Assembly: GCA_964019335.1 (NCBI GenBank)
Contig: OZ025650.1
Span: 124,001-188,000, forward strand
DNA length: 64,000 bases
Direction of reading: 5' to 3'
Origin: Diplonema japonicum
Lineage: Eukaryota > Protista > Euglenozoa: Diplonemea
Part shown: positions 43,428-54,913 of the stretch, one piece after another
Numbering within the stretch: the first letter of the stretch is position 1
Layout of the letters: each line of letters opens with the position of its first letter
Notes under the pieces: generated by a model
What the model was told of the DNA's origin: nothing
The model's input: only the letters and a program-made list of their open reading frames with translations
Databases searched by the model: none
Program-made: the position numbers and the translations under genes

Positions 43428-43800
43428 CACTCCCTTGTTCGCCTGTGGATAATATTTTATTGATATTTGGAAAGGAACAAATATGAAATGAGCTGCTGGT
43501 TTTCGTCTTTTTTTTATATCCCCTTCTTCTCTGTAAGCTCTTCTACATGCTTCGTTCCGGTTTTTCTTTCCGTATCTTCTTCTTTTCTTTCGTTCCAGTC
43601 AAGGAAAGATTACTTTCTTTTAAAAAAAAATGAATGCAGGAGAGCAAAAAGAAAAAAGAGAAAAAGAGGTGGGGGGAAACTTGAAAAAAGAAAAAAGAAG
43701 AAAAAAAAACCAGCGTGTAGCTTCCCATAGATAACTTCATCTTTTTTTTTTTAATTATTTTTTATTTCACTCTTCGTCGTTTTCTTACTCACTGGGGGCC

Positions 43801-44064
43801 TCATAATTTAACGCCAAACGGCCACAATTTAACTAGTTAAATTATGAGATTTTGGAATTAAATTTAGAGTGAAAAAATGGGGGTTGTCGTGGAAAAAATG
43901 TACCCAACTTGAAAAATCTTTTTGGGGGTGGGATATTTTGACTATTTTTGGCCATCTGAGGCCATTCCGGCCCTTGAAAGTGGGAATAAGTGCTTTACTT
44001 CCCCTTAAAATGGGGGCCTGCGGCCCTCGTGCAAAAGAATTCGGGAACTCGAGTTAAATAATGA
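43801..44064. mobile_element. Possible MITE-like insertion
   Basis: Ends tcataatttaac / gttaaataatga (inverted, 1 mismatch). Internal perfect palindrome aatttaactagttaaatt. Confidence 0.4.
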
Positions 44065-44281
44065 CTCATTATGTGTTAGCAATAAATAGCTATTCCCTAC
44101 CCCCTTTCAGTTTTTTCCCCACCCCCCCCGTTCGCCTTTCCTTTTAAAATTGCAAAAAAAGGGGGGGGGGTCGGTGAGCGCAAAAGTGTCCTCCGTGCCG
44201 GCCCTTAAGGGGACATTTGTTCTTCTTTCTTCGCCCCTTTTTTTTTTCTTCGCATTTTTTTTTTTTTTTTTATAACGTCTT

Positions 44282-45706
44282 TTAAACTAAACCTCGTTGA
44301 TCAGTGGCGTGTTTGTTGGTAAGTGTATCCTCTGGGTTGGAGGTGGCGATGGCGGAATTGATAGAAGTCTTCCATGTGTTGCATGTGTTTTCATCGTCAA
44401 AGCACAGGTATTTTGTCGGCATGAAAGGACCCGAGATCTCGAGGGTGTGAGGGTGGTCGGACATAGGAGTCTGCCAGCATTTTGTTTCCCTGAAAGGTAC
44501 TATCTCTAACCCAGCAAAAGTGGACTTCTCGGTCCTAATGCAGAGCCAGTTGAGATGCAGAGTAACGTACCGCCGCTTCCAATCTTTCGCGCCAAACCAG
44601 TTCCCCCCTGAGGCTGTGACGATGCTACCTGAGAGCGTGTGCGCGTGCTTGTCTTCAGGCAGCAAACCGGACTCGAACAACGGTAGTATAGGCCGTTTTA
44701 TTAAATCGACAATTTCGTTTTCCAATTCTGCGATTTGTGTGTAGTCGACGTTCTTCGCTGCACGCAGGGCAGCCGTCTCCAGCTGCTTCAACCAAACTTG
44801 GTACTCGTAGGTGTTGTTCACCTGCAAGGTGACTGCATAGTCAAACCGAATGTTCGATACGCGTATTGTCTTTTCACTATTGTTGCCCTGTTTTTTTTCT
44901 CTTTTTTTCTTTTTAAACTTATCGTTCCACACCTTCACTTCTGCATACAACAAGTCTCTTGTGCACCAATCGCTGCACAGAGCAGTGTCGCCGAAGTAAA
45001 ACTTCGACCCAATCACCATCCCCCACTGCTGTTTAGTCCTTGACATCCAATCGTGCGCCCTTAGCAATATCCATCCATTGTACATAATGTGTTCCGACAC
45101 CGTGGCGAGGTTCCACGACCCTTTCGTGCGCCTCTTCGCAGGAGACTGCTCCCGTGCAGTGGCCGCCTCTGCAACCGGTGCGTACGGGCGGAGGTCCTCT
45201 GCAGGGATCTTGTCCCATATCTCGCCGTCGTCGAATTGTATGGAGTACAACCCACCACCGCTACCCGGGACCACCTTGGCCGTGTCCCAGTGGACGATGT
45301 CGTCGATGACATACCGTACTTCCAACATCTGGCCGAGGCGGTAGCCTGACTTGTACACCACCTTCTCTTGCTTCTTGGCTTGCTTGAAGGCTTCCCCCGC
45401 GTACACTGTAACCAACTTTTTCAGCCGCCGAGTGAGATCGGCATTCTTCCCGCCTATTGTTTCTGCCGCTTCGGACATGGCATGGATCATCGCCTCCATG
45501 TCCTGCTTCTTCACAACTACTACATTCGGATCATTTGGTGGAGGCGGCAACGGTGGCGGCATATCGCCCATTGCCTCGGTGTCAGCTGCTTCAGAGTACT
45601 CCTCTGCCATGCCGAACTTGTAATCCTCCAGCATCACCGACTTGACCGACGCCGACATCCTTGACGACGACCTTCCATTTGATGACCTGCCGTCATCCGA
45701 TGTCAT
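44282..45706 (-). CDS. Tudor-like plus two PH-domain protein; probable in-frame 45-nt intron at 44888-44932
   Basis: Tudor-like YSIQFDDGE. PH motifs MYNGWILL...WLKQLETA and DWKRRYVTL...TWKTSINSA. AAG|GTGTGG-A-rich-ACAG|GGC would remove a Lys-rich insert. Confidence 0.8.
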   Translation of the reverse strand: MTSDDGRSSNGRSSSRMSASVKSVMLEDYKFGMAEEYSEAADTEAMGDMPPPLPPPPNDPNVVVVKKQDMEAMIHAMSEAAETIGGKNADLTRRLKKLVTVYAGEAFKQAKKQEKVVYKSGYRLGQMLEVRYVIDDIVHWDTAKVVPGSGGGLYSIQFDDGEIWDKIPAEDLRPYAPVAEAATAREQSPAKRRTKGSWNLATVSEHIMYNGWILLRAHDWMSRTKQQWGMVIGSKFYFGDTALCSDWCTRDLLYAEVKVWNDKFKKKKREKKQGNNSEKTIRVSNIRFDYAVTLQVNNTYEYQVWLKQLETAALRAAKNVDYTQIAELENEIVDLIKRPILPLFESGLLPEDKHAHTLSGSIVTASGGNWFGAKDWKRRYVTLHLNWLCIRTEKSTFAGLEIVPFRETKCWQTPMSDHPHTLEISGPFMPTKYLCFDDENTCNTWKTSINSAIATSNPEDTLTNKHATDQRGLV

Positions 45707-45770
45707 GGTGGCCTGTGGTGCCGGGTTTTGTTCGTTGTGCTAAATCGCGGGGAAAAATAAAGTTAGAAAA

Positions 45771-47036
45771 TCAAAACAAGTCGTCAACGGCCACCCATGC
45801 TACATCCTCCTCTTCCCTCCATGGGTCTAGCAACCGAAATTCGTTCTCAGGTTCAATCTCCAACCCTAAATCTTCCTCCCAAGCCCAGTCCCCCCTTTTC
45901 ATGAGATCTAGTCCCTTCACCGCTTCGTCCCCGTCCGTCCCCACCACGGGTACAGATGAAGATAACGTCTTCTTTTTCGCTTTCCTCTTTGCTGTTTGTG
46001 GAACAGGCACCGCCCCACTGCCTGATGCAGCCCCGCTTTGGATTGTGTTCTTGTCGTGCAAGGCTACCCACGGAGGGACCGCCGCCCCTTTAAGGTTCTC
46101 GCGGTAGTACAATGGAGATAAGTGCACAGCAGGGCATTCCTCCCACAGGTCGCAAGAGGCATCGCTACAAAGCATTCTTGACGTCTGCCCCTTCGTCTGG
46201 AACACGTGGCGGCCTGCGACTTCAGCGGTTTTACCGTCGTAGCAGATGGCCACAAGAGGCAACGTGCTTGTCTTCAAGTACTTTGGGACACGTAGCTTGT
46301 TAGCGAAGTGTGCAAAGGGACATGTTATGGTGCAGGCTTCCTTCAACGGGCAGAGCTTCGTTTTACATGTCTCTTGAAGGACCTCAAGATTCGGGTGGAG
46401 AAACGTACAGTTCTCCCACTCGGGGCACTTCCCGTACAGGTAGAACTCGCAGCACACCCTAGCAGATGCGACTCCCCATTTCTGTGCGTACGAGAGCATC
46501 CTTGTGGGGAAGAAAGACATGCATGGGATGCCTCGGTTCTCCATAGTCCCAGGGAGGTGAACACAGATGGGTGCTGTGGTAGTGATCAGGGAATCGTAGT
46601 ACCTGAGGGGTGGAGTTAACTGTTCTAATGTGTGCGCAGAGTTGCATTTCGCTTTTTTACAGGCAGTCCCAACTTTGCACATTGTAGCACCCGGGTCCCT
46701 GTACCGTACGAGGGCCACTTTGCTTAAGTTATACACCTTTCCTTCGCTCTCAAATTTCGTAGGTATCTTTTGAAAAGTGCTTCGCACACTCTGCAACTCC
46801 CTCCGCTTAGCCACGTCCTGCAGGGTTTCTACCATCTCGTCAACCAGCTTGCTGTCGACCATCCCTTTGAACAGGCGCTGCATTGTTTTGTGCAGCTCTA
46901 CTGCCTCATGCTCGATGTTGCCCTCCGCTCTGAGATACCTCCCCGTCGCCTTTCGCATGGCTTCATAATCATCCTTCAGGAGGCTTTGAACCTTCTTGGA
47001 AATGTCATCGGCCATCCTGCAGTGATTGACTGACAT
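45771..47036 (-). CDS. Multiple CCCH zinc-finger protein (start possibly at 47015)
   Basis: CKVGTACKKAKCNSAH, CEFYLYGKCPEWENCTFLH, CPLKEACTITCPFAH, CDLWEECPAVH. Confidence 0.85.
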   Translation of the reverse strand: MSVNHCRMADDISKKVQSLLKDDYEAMRKATGRYLRAEGNIEHEAVELHKTMQRLFKGMVDSKLVDEMVETLQDVAKRRELQSVRSTFQKIPTKFESEGKVYNLSKVALVRYRDPGATMCKVGTACKKAKCNSAHTLEQLTPPLRYYDSLITTTAPICVHLPGTMENRGIPCMSFFPTRMLSYAQKWGVASARVCCEFYLYGKCPEWENCTFLHPNLEVLQETCKTKLCPLKEACTITCPFAHFANKLRVPKYLKTSTLPLVAICYDGKTAEVAGRHVFQTKGQTSRMLCSDASCDLWEECPAVHLSPLYYRENLKGAAVPPWVALHDKNTIQSGAASGSGAVPVPQTAKRKAKKKTLSSSVPVVGTDGDEAVKGLDLMKRGDWAWEEDLGLEIEPENEFRLLDPWREEEDVAWVAVDDLF

Positions 47037-47084
47037 GTCGCAGCTTTCAAGTGAATAAACAAATACAAGTACAAAAAAGGCAAA

Positions 47085-47969
47085 CTACTGGTAGCCTCTC
47101 TCCATAAGGGAGAGGTCTTTGGTGACGGCGTCTGGGACAGGGAGAGGGGTGGACCCGTGGACCATGTCGTGCCAGCGCTTAGATCCGTAGCGGATAGGGC
47201 CGCCTAGGGTGTGCTTAGGACCGACGATAACGAAGGGGTCAGTGAAGCGGGGGCCTGGCACAGCGACGAGGGAAGACGTAGGGGAGTGCGAGGCCTCGCG
47301 GTCACCATGCATGGTGGTGACCCTGCGGGTGTGAACCTCGGAAAGACTAAACTGCTTGGTGAATGGAGTCAAGTGGGTGGGGTCCCTTCTTACAAGGTCA
47401 TAAGCCTCCTTCACCCTACGAGTGTGTTGGTAAGGAGGCAGCTCGTCTAGTTCAGATACATAAGCTTTGAAGGCAGGGTTCGCAGAGAATTCGGTTGTGT
47501 CGGTGGAAGCTAGAAGTGCTTCGCGTTGGGACTGAAGCTCACGAGTAACCTCATCCCGCTCCACACGGTACCTGGTGTCCACCCTTGCCTGGAAGTGGCT
47601 GCTGCGTTGTTTCGCCACTGCCTTGGAACTGTCGTCCTCAGCAAGGCTCCTCAGCAGCCCATCAACATCGACAACCTCAACCTCTTTACCATGTATCTTC
47701 CCCTTGCTCACCACGACATCGCCTATCTTCTCCGTTGTCCTCTTGAACCCGACCTTCCGTGCAGGGGTTGCCTTCTTCTCCCGTGCCCCCTCTCTTAATA
47801 ACTTTGCTATCTTCACCCTTACTTCTAACCCTTCCTGTCGCAGTACTTCTTTTCGGTCCACTGGAGCGTCTTCTACTTCATTCACAAGTTCTTCTATGTT
47901 GTCTCCTTCCGAAGCGTCGATGTTGCTACGGAGGTCCCTGAGCTTCACGTTGAGCACTTCATGTTGCAT
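47085..47969 (-). CDS. Hypothetical protein
   Basis: 294-aa ORF, co-oriented, coding-like composition. Confidence 0.7.
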   Translation of the reverse strand: MQHEVLNVKLRDLRSNIDASEGDNIEELVNEVEDAPVDRKEVLRQEGLEVRVKIAKLLREGAREKKATPARKVGFKRTTEKIGDVVVSKGKIHGKEVEVVDVDGLLRSLAEDDSSKAVAKQRSSHFQARVDTRYRVERDEVTRELQSQREALLASTDTTEFSANPAFKAYVSELDELPPYQHTRRVKEAYDLVRRDPTHLTPFTKQFSLSEVHTRRVTTMHGDREASHSPTSSLVAVPGPRFTDPFVIVGPKHTLGGPIRYGSKRWHDMVHGSTPLPVPDAVTKDLSLMERGYQ

Positions 47970-48336
47970 GTGTTTTTCTCCTTGATGCGCGGGAATTGTA
48001 AACGAGAAATAAAAAAAACCATATAACTTTTTTTAAAAATTAATAGAGTTTTTTTTTTTTTGAGGGGGGAGGGAAAAACACAAAGAAGAATAGTGTGGAG
48101 ACAAATGAAAGAAAGAAGTAGGGGAAGGAGAGAAAAAAAGGCAAACAATATGAGGGTGCTCGCGTCACGCAAGCCTCTAAGGAACGTTTTTATACTTCTG
48201 TATAGCAAGAACGACAGGCGTGACTTACGGTACTTGAACTTTCTTTTTTGACAAAAACAAAGGAGGGGTATCAACAAAAAAATAAAAAAAAAAGCTTACA
48301 AAAGAAAACAACAAAAATCTATTTCAAGAAACCGCC

Positions 48337-49827
48337 TCATTCAGGGACGTACTGATTGCCGTAGGTGAGGGTGGAGTTGTCGACGGGCGGTGTTGAGGTG
48401 CGGGGTGTGGTGGGGCCACGAGAGTTGCCTACAAGGGCGAGAAGGCCGTGGGGCACGGGGGCGGCTGGTCTTTCTTGAACTTCTTTCTTTTCCTGCTGCG
48501 GCCTGTACGTTGATGGGGATGAGGTGCGCTGCTGCTGTTGCTCAGAGAAAGTGGTGACGGTGGGCTGCGGCTTGCCGTTCTCATCCCTCACAGGACGCTC
48601 GGCTTGGGACACCTTCGACCCCGGTGCAGACGGCGACGGTGCTCGGGTGGGCCGTTTAGCCAGCCCACCTCCTTTCCACGGCATGCCATGCTGTACAGGT
48701 GCAGGATGGTCCGATGTAGTAGTTCCCCTTTTCTTCTTTTCATTCCACATTTTCCATGCTTCCTCTCCCTTTGGCGCCTCTCTCACAATGATCCTGCTGT
48801 TCGGCCTTGTTGGCTGGCTCTGCGCAGGCGACGATGTCCTTGATGGCACGCCCATCCGCTCCACGCGTCTCTCCCTCGTTGCAGGCGACCCTGTGCGATC
48901 CGGAGCAGAAGGGCTGTTGCTCCTTGCAGCAAGCTGCACGCGCAACCTTTTCACCTCCGCCTTCGTCTGGAACACCAACGTCGTCAACCTATCAACACAT
49001 TTGATCGCCTCAGGTGGCAGCGTCTCAAGCGTCACCTCCGATAGGATCGCCTCCACTTCCTGATCCGACGGAGACTTCTGCTGCCTAGCAGCGGCATCCA
49101 CCTTCGCTAGCAGCTCTTTAAACTGCCGCGTCTTCTCATTCTGGTAAGACTCCATTGTCTTCTTCTCATTCGCTTGCTTCTCGAGCACCAACCGCATCTT
49201 TGCTATCATAGACTCCTTCTCGCGCAGCTTGACGGCCATGTTGCGCTGCGTAACTTCGTTCACGTCGTGTTGTCTGTTGCTGTGCTTCAGATCTTCCACC
49301 TGCGCCATGAGCTGTGCAAGCTTCTGGTCCTTCTCGTTCAGGGTTGCCGCCTGCTTTGCTTGTTTTTCCCGCAGCTTCACGAGGTTTGCCTCATGGCGGT
49401 GCTGAGCGGCAAGCACTGCAGCAGTTGCCTCGCCCTGCGACAGGCGGAGAGATTCCACCTGAGTTTGAAGTGCTGTGTTCCTTGCTTTGAGTGCGTCGAT
49501 GTCGTCCACATCGTGGGGTGTGACAGGCTGCGTGGTGTGGATAGACGGCTGCATCGCGTGGACAGGGGTGCACACGGCTGCTGCTGTCTGGCTGTTGGGT
49601 TGCGAATAGCCCAGCTTCACGGGTTGCTTCTGTTCCTTGGGAATAGATCTTGCCCTTGTCCCCGCATCCCCTGCGTAGAAGTCGTTCTCACTGCTGCTTG
49701 TGCATGCATCTCGTGCAGCAGCTATCCTTGCCTCCACTGCCTGCTCTGGTGTCATGTAGTTGTACGACATCCCCCCGTCTAGGGTCGACACCTCTGCCTC
49801 ACTTGGCTCCTGACCGTCATCCATCAT
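48337..49827 (-). CDS. Coiled-coil protein with a disordered P/S/R-rich C-terminus
   Basis: 496-aa ORF with heptad-rich centre. Confidence 0.78.
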   Translation of the reverse strand: MMDDGQEPSEAEVSTLDGGMSYNYMTPEQAVEARIAAARDACTSSSENDFYAGDAGTRARSIPKEQKQPVKLGYSQPNSQTAAAVCTPVHAMQPSIHTTQPVTPHDVDDIDALKARNTALQTQVESLRLSQGEATAAVLAAQHRHEANLVKLREKQAKQAATLNEKDQKLAQLMAQVEDLKHSNRQHDVNEVTQRNMAVKLREKESMIAKMRLVLEKQANEKKTMESYQNEKTRQFKELLAKVDAAARQQKSPSDQEVEAILSEVTLETLPPEAIKCVDRLTTLVFQTKAEVKRLRVQLAARSNSPSAPDRTGSPATRERRVERMGVPSRTSSPAQSQPTRPNSRIIVREAPKGEEAWKMWNEKKKRGTTTSDHPAPVQHGMPWKGGGLAKRPTRAPSPSAPGSKVSQAERPVRDENGKPQPTVTTFSEQQQQRTSSPSTYRPQQEKKEVQERPAAPVPHGLLALVGNSRGPTTPRTSTPPVDNSTLTYGNQYVPE

Positions 49828-49953
49828 GCCTGTTTGCCTCCTGCGAGTAAGGTGTAAAAAAATAAACGGGGAAGAGAGAAAAAAAAACTAGACATCTCAG
49901 GCTTTGCGTTCACCGCCAGCCTCTGGTCTCGAAGTTCAACGGACACCACCTTC

Positions 49954-50302
49954 TTATGTTTCATCACCCAGTTTGAAGTAGTGATTCACAAACCGGCTCA
50001 TCTTCTTCCTCTCCAGCGACCCAGGCAGCTCCATGGCGCCCTGTATTTTTTTTTCTTTTTTGATAATCTTGCGCTGCCACACCTCATGCGCCATCAAGAA
50101 GTCCTCCCAAGAGGATCGGTATTCTCTGCAGCTCTCAGGGGTGAGCCTCCCATCGATATCTTTACCAAACCCTTCCTGTCAAGGTGTGGAGCTTTACTAT
50201 TATTCTTTGTACCTTTTTCCAGTTCCTCCATTCCAAGTCTCTCTGCACAGAAGGGGTCATCCCATAGAGGAACGACCTCGTTAACCGCTTTGACCCATAC
50301 AT
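49954..50302 (-). CDS. Hidden small spliced gene (~89 aa), possibly mitochondrial; exons 50302-50213, 50175-50083, 50040-49954
   Basis: Removing 50176-50212 (GTAC..GACAG) and 50041-50082 (GTGTGG..TACAG, in-frame) gives MYGSKRLTRSFLYGMTPSVQRDLEWRNWKKEGFGKDIDGRLTPESCREYRSSWEDFLMAHEGAMELPGSLERKKMSRFVNHYFKLGDET*. Confidence 0.7.
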
Positions 50303-50428
50303 CGCACCACCTAGAGGGCTGAGAGGAAGGACTCAACGATACAAGTACGAAATAAAAATTAGAGAGCTTCAGCCCTCGCTTTTTTTTTTTTTTTTTTTTT
50401 TTGAACACTAGGGAAAAAAATAGAGAAA

Positions 50429-51772
50429 TCACGAAAGCCTTGGCTTGTTCGTGAACCCCATGAACTTTCCACCAACCTGTAAAAAATATTATTGAATTCC
50501 CTGCCACCGTTTTTTGTCCATACGTCTCTGATCGACCCAGCATCTCCGTCACCGGAGCCCTTCGCTTCTCTCCAGTTTTTCCGGCGCACGACTCTTGCGA
50601 GGATGACAGTGATGTCGTCGGGTTTGCCACCTTTTTTATTATTGTGTTTATTGTATCCTCTTCATACCTTGCGCCTCCTCGACAGTCGACACGCCATGCT
50701 CAAGCAGTGCGTAGGAGAAGGGGGTCATGAAGGTCTTGGACTTTGCGTTGACGGTAGCTGCTTGGACCATGTCGTTCACAACGTCCTTGGCGTAGAGACG
50801 GCATTTGGTGTTTCTCTTCCACTTTCCCCACGGTGTGAAGTAGTTCCCGTAGTCGCCGGTTGTGTTGAGGACGAGGTCGCACTGCTGCGAGAGCTCGGAG
50901 TTGGGAACGTTGTCGAAAAGCCCGTCTGTGCCCAGCAGGACGATGTCGTCCTCTACGAGGGGCACGCGGTCCTGGAAGGACTTGGACGGAGGGTCGGAGA
51001 TGACATCAGCGTGCTTCGCCTTCCTTGGAAGGATCGCCAACTGGTACGGTGCGTTGAAACGATGCTGCAGCTCCGTCGCACGGTACACAATCCTGTTCTG
51101 CCGCCACACAAGGAGGCCCGAGTCGCCGAGGTTCGCAACGTTAAGCACAGCCTTGGCCTTGCCTGCAGAAGCATTTGAATTATCTTGCGAATCTATGGAT
51201 GCGATCAATGCCGTTGTGGACCCCCCGCGGACCTTGCCACTCTCGACGACCGCGTTGAAGGACCTTTCCATGATCTCCAGGGGGTTCATCAGGTCGCGGT
51301 TTTCCTCTGAAAGCTTTTTACCTTCCTCCATCAAGGAGTTGGAGATTTCAGAGGGGTCGATGTTCGTGGACCTCCACCCACCGACGCCGTCTGCGATGCC
51401 CACAACACGCCTGTTGTTCGACACGAAGAAGCTGTCCTCCCCGCAGTCTAGTCCTATCCAGCCGGTGCGCTTCCTCCAAGCGTGTCGTCGGTTCGTTTGC
51501 TGCACACCATGGGCGTCCGCTACGTAGTCGTCCTTTGACCTTGCGTACTTTGTCTTTGATACACATGAGGCCCAGGATTCTAGCACCAAGTCGTCAGGGT
51601 GCCCTTCTTCATCTGGGTTTATTCCCCTCGGCTTGTCCTCCCCCCTTACACCTGACTCGAATGCGCTCGGCTCGTTCGCCGACGTCGAGAATTTCTTTGC
51701 CATTGAAAGTCCCTCCCACAACGTGGCCAACACACCCTTCGGCCGGGGTTCATCTAGTACCGCTGCTAACAT
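50429..51772 (-). CDS. PTC7: PTC7-type PP2C phosphatase; introns 50631-50667 and probably 50477-50523
   Basis: Motifs CGEDSFF, GIADGVGGW, GGSTTA, ANLGDSG, QHRFNAPYQL, LGTDGLFDN. Splicing the 37-nt intron restores the conserved GGKPDDITV. Confidence 0.9.
50631..50667 (-). other. 37-nt A-rich GT-AG intron
   Basis: G|GTATGAAGAGGATACAATAAACACAATAATAAAAAAG|GT. Required for the metal-binding DDITV motif. Confidence 0.92.
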
Positions 51773-52016
51773 TTTCTTTTTTTTTTTACACTTTTTTTTT
51801 GTTTTTTTTTTTTTTTAAATTCTACTTGCTCTCCCACATTGAAAACGTTATTAAAAAAAAAAAAAAAAAAAAAAGAAAGAAACGGGGGAACGGGCGGGGG
51901 GAACACTATTTCTTTCTTTTTTTTAAAAAAGAAAAAATAAAAAAAAAAAATATTTCGCAAAAAAAAAAAAAGCAAACATCTCTTCTATTTCTTTGTAATC
52001 AATCACCCCTACTCCC

Positions 52017-52403
52017 CTACTTCTTCTCCTTAACCTCCACGAGATTCTCCACCCCGCCCGTTTTAATACCTTTTATATCGTTCAGGCTCAGAGGGTCGAT
52101 GAGGGTGGCACCCTCAAGGGTTAGTGTATGTTCGGCGTAGGACAAGTTGTGGTTGTCGTCCAGCCAGACCTTCAGGAACTGCACTGTCTGCCCGTGGGGG
52201 AAGGAGGAGGAAACCGTCTCGCCATTGGGAAGGATAAATTTTACAAGGACACTATCACCCGCTAGCATTTTCTCGCTTTCTTCCAAGTCTTGGAATCTAT
52301 CTTGGCCCTCAAACTGTGTCATGTCCATTCCCCCTTCCGCCTTCTCCTGCACAGGGGGGTCCCAGTTGGAGCTTGTCGAACTCGTGTCACTGCCAGAATC
52401 CAT
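52017..52403 (-). CDS. Small ubiquitin-like domain protein
   Basis: Start MDSGSD. VLVKFILPNGETVSSSFPHGQTVQFLK...LIDPLSLND fits a beta-grasp pattern. Confidence 0.78.
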   Translation of the reverse strand: MDSGSDTSSTSSNWDPPVQEKAEGGMDMTQFEGQDRFQDLEESEKMLAGDSVLVKFILPNGETVSSSFPHGQTVQFLKVWLDDNHNLSYAEHTLTLEGATLIDPLSLNDIKGIKTGGVENLVEVKEKK

Positions 52404-53227
52404 ATTCCCCCTTTTCTTTTTCCTCTTTTCTTCTTTCGTGTACCACTTCCAAAATAGTTGTAATAATATAAAGGACAATAAAAAAAAAAACCGACTTTGC
52501 CAGAGATATCTGCGGGCTACAAAAAAGAAAAAAAAAAGGAGGGGAAAACGGAAAAGGGCGCAGGAAAAAAAAGACGGGGCAGACGGAGGGAGTAAGGGGG
52601 AAAAAAAAAAGAAAAAAAGCAAAATGAAATACCGCCGGAGAATGGAAAAAGAGAGAGAAAGGGGGAAAAGAATAGGAGGTGATAGAGGGCATAAGATTCG
52701 TACTTGCTCCTTTAAAAAAAAGGGGGGGAAAAGATGGGGAGAAAATTTGATGGGCATCATATAAATGATAAGAAAGCTGCGAGGCAACGGGAATTGCACT
52801 GGGCACCATACGGCTCCCTATTACCCGCAACGAAAAAAAAAAAAAATGGAGGACAGAAAAAACCGAAGGAAAATAAAGAAAATAAAGAAAAACTACACTT
52901 TCCAAAAACTCCTTCCTTTTACAATTTTCGTCTTCTCCTTTTTCTTCTCTCCCCCTCAACGTCTGCCCCCCCCCCCCCCCCCCCCCCGTCATTTTTTTAA
53001 CTCTCCCAATCCCTCTCCACCCCTTAAACAAAAAAAATACACCTTCATCCCCGCCCCAGTACCGTAGAATACAAAACAAACACAATTCCCTTGTAATCCA
53101 AACGTTTCTTTTTTACCCCCTTTTTTTCCCCTTTTCTTTTCATCATTACAGGGATGCAACAGGCATACTAGTATGTACACTATGTAAAAGAGGGGAAAAG
53201 AGGTACCGCACGTACCCCACGTTCTGC

Positions 53228-54913
53228 CTATTTGAAGTACTTGTCAAAGAAGTCATTGCCCTTGTCGTCCACGATGATGAAGGCAGGGAAGTTCTCAACG
53301 TCGATCTTCCACACAGCCTCCATCCCAAGCTCAGGCATGTCGAGGACTTCAACCTTTCTGATGCAGTTTTTGGCAAGGATGGCAGCAGGGCCACCAACAG
53401 AGCCAAGGTAGAAACCACCGTGCTTTTTGCACGCGTTAGTGACCTGCTTGGACCGGTTCCCCTTTGCGAGGGACACCATGGAAGCCTTCTCAGCCATGAA
53501 GGGGTCGAGGTACGGGTCCATGCGCGCAGCTGTCGTCGGCCCGAAGGATCCAGAAGGCAGCCCTTCAGGTGTCTTCGCCGGACCTGCGTAGTACACCATG
53601 TGGTCCTTGAAGTACTGCGGGATGCCCTCACCCTTCTGGAACCTCTCCAGGATCTTCGCGTGAGCGATGTCCCTCGCCACGATGAGCGTCCCCGTCAGTG
53701 ACAGCCTTGTCGACACTGGGAACTGCGTCAGCAGATTCCGGATCTCATCCATCGGCTGGTTCAGGTCAATCTTCACCTCATCGCCGCCCGCGTCCTCCGA
53801 GTCGGTCACGCACGGTAGGTACTGCGCGGGGTCTGTCTCCAGCTGCTCCAGCCACAGCCCGTCCTTGTTGATCTTCCCTTTGATCTGCCTGTCGGCCGAG
53901 CAAGACACCCCCATGCCCACAGGGCACGATGCACCGTGCCGTGGCAGTCTGATCACCCTCACGTCATGGCAGAAGTACTTCCCACCGAATTGTGCACCCA
54001 TCCCCAGATCCCTCGTCATTTGCAAGATCTCCTGCTCCCACTCCACGTCTCTGTATGCCCTTCCATGCTCGTTGCCCGACGTCGGAAGGTCGTCCAGGTG
54101 TCGTGCAGACGCCAGCTTCACGATCTTCAAGTTCATTTCAGCAGACAGGCCGCCTACAACGAAGGCGAGATGGTATGGAGGGCAGGCAGCAGTCCCGATC
54201 GTCCTGATGTTCTCATCAAGGAACTTTCTCAACCCCTTGGGGTTCAGGAGCGCCTTAGTGCGCTGGTAGAGGAAAGTCTTGTTTGCAGAGCCGCCGCCCT
54301 TTGCCATGAAGAGGAACTTGTACTCATTGCCCTTAGTGGCGTAGAGGTCGACCTGGGCGGGGAGGTTGGTGCCGGTGTTCTGCTCTTTGAACATGTCGAT
54401 CGGGGCGACTTGAGAGTAGCGGAGGTTACGTTCTGTGTAGGTGTCGTAGACACCTTTCGACAGCCACTCAGCATCGTCACCGTCAACGAGGACGTTCTGG
54501 CCTCGCTTGCCCATGATGATGGCAGTGCCAGTGTCCTGACAGGAGGGGAGGACGCCCTCTGCTGCAATGGATGCGTTCTTAAGAAGCTCCAGTGCGACGA
54601 ACCTGTCATTGGACGTCGCTTCGTCATCTTTGATAATATTCGCCAGCTGCTGCAGGTGACCTGGCCTCAGCAGGTGCGACACGTCCTTCATCGCCTCTGC
54701 CGACAGCTTCGCCAGCCCCTCACCCTCCACTTCCAAAAACTCCCTATCCCCCAATTTCACAGTCTTCACATGCTCGCTGCTCACCAACTTGTACGGCGTT
54801 TCATCTGGCTTCACCGGCTCAAATATATCCTGATACTTGAAGGGTTTCACCCTCACGGGCGTTGATGCGCACCTCCTCTGCACCAGCCCGAACACCTTCC
54901 CGCTTGATCTCAT
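53228..54913 (-). CDS. fumA: Class I (Fe-S) fumarate hydratase, probably mitochondrial
   Basis: [58 protein letters not shown]. Presequence [17 protein letters not shown]. Confidence 0.96.
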   Translation of the reverse strand: MRSSGKVFGLVQRRCASTPVRVKPFKYQDIFEPVKPDETPYKLVSSEHVKTVKLGDREFLEVEGEGLAKLSAEAMKDVSHLLRPGHLQQLANIIKDDEATSNDRFVALELLKNASIAAEGVLPSCQDTGTAIIMGKRGQNVLVDGDDAEWLSKGVYDTYTERNLRYSQVAPIDMFKEQNTGTNLPAQVDLYATKGNEYKFLFMAKGGGSANKTFLYQRTKALLNPKGLRKFLDENIRTIGTAACPPYHLAFVVGGLSAEMNLKIVKLASARHLDDLPTSGNEHGRAYRDVEWEQEILQMTRDLGMGAQFGGKYFCHDVRVIRLPRHGASCPVGMGVSCSADRQIKGKINKDGLWLEQLETDPAQYLPCVTDSEDAGGDEVKIDLNQPMDEIRNLLTQFPVSTRLSLTGTLIVARDIAHAKILERFQKGEGIPQYFKDHMVYYAGPAKTPEGLPSGSFGPTTAARMDPYLDPFMAEKASMVSLAKGNRSKQVTNACKKHGGFYLGSVGGPAAILAKNCIRKVEVLDMPELGMEAVWKIDVENFPAFIIVDDKGNDFFDKYFK

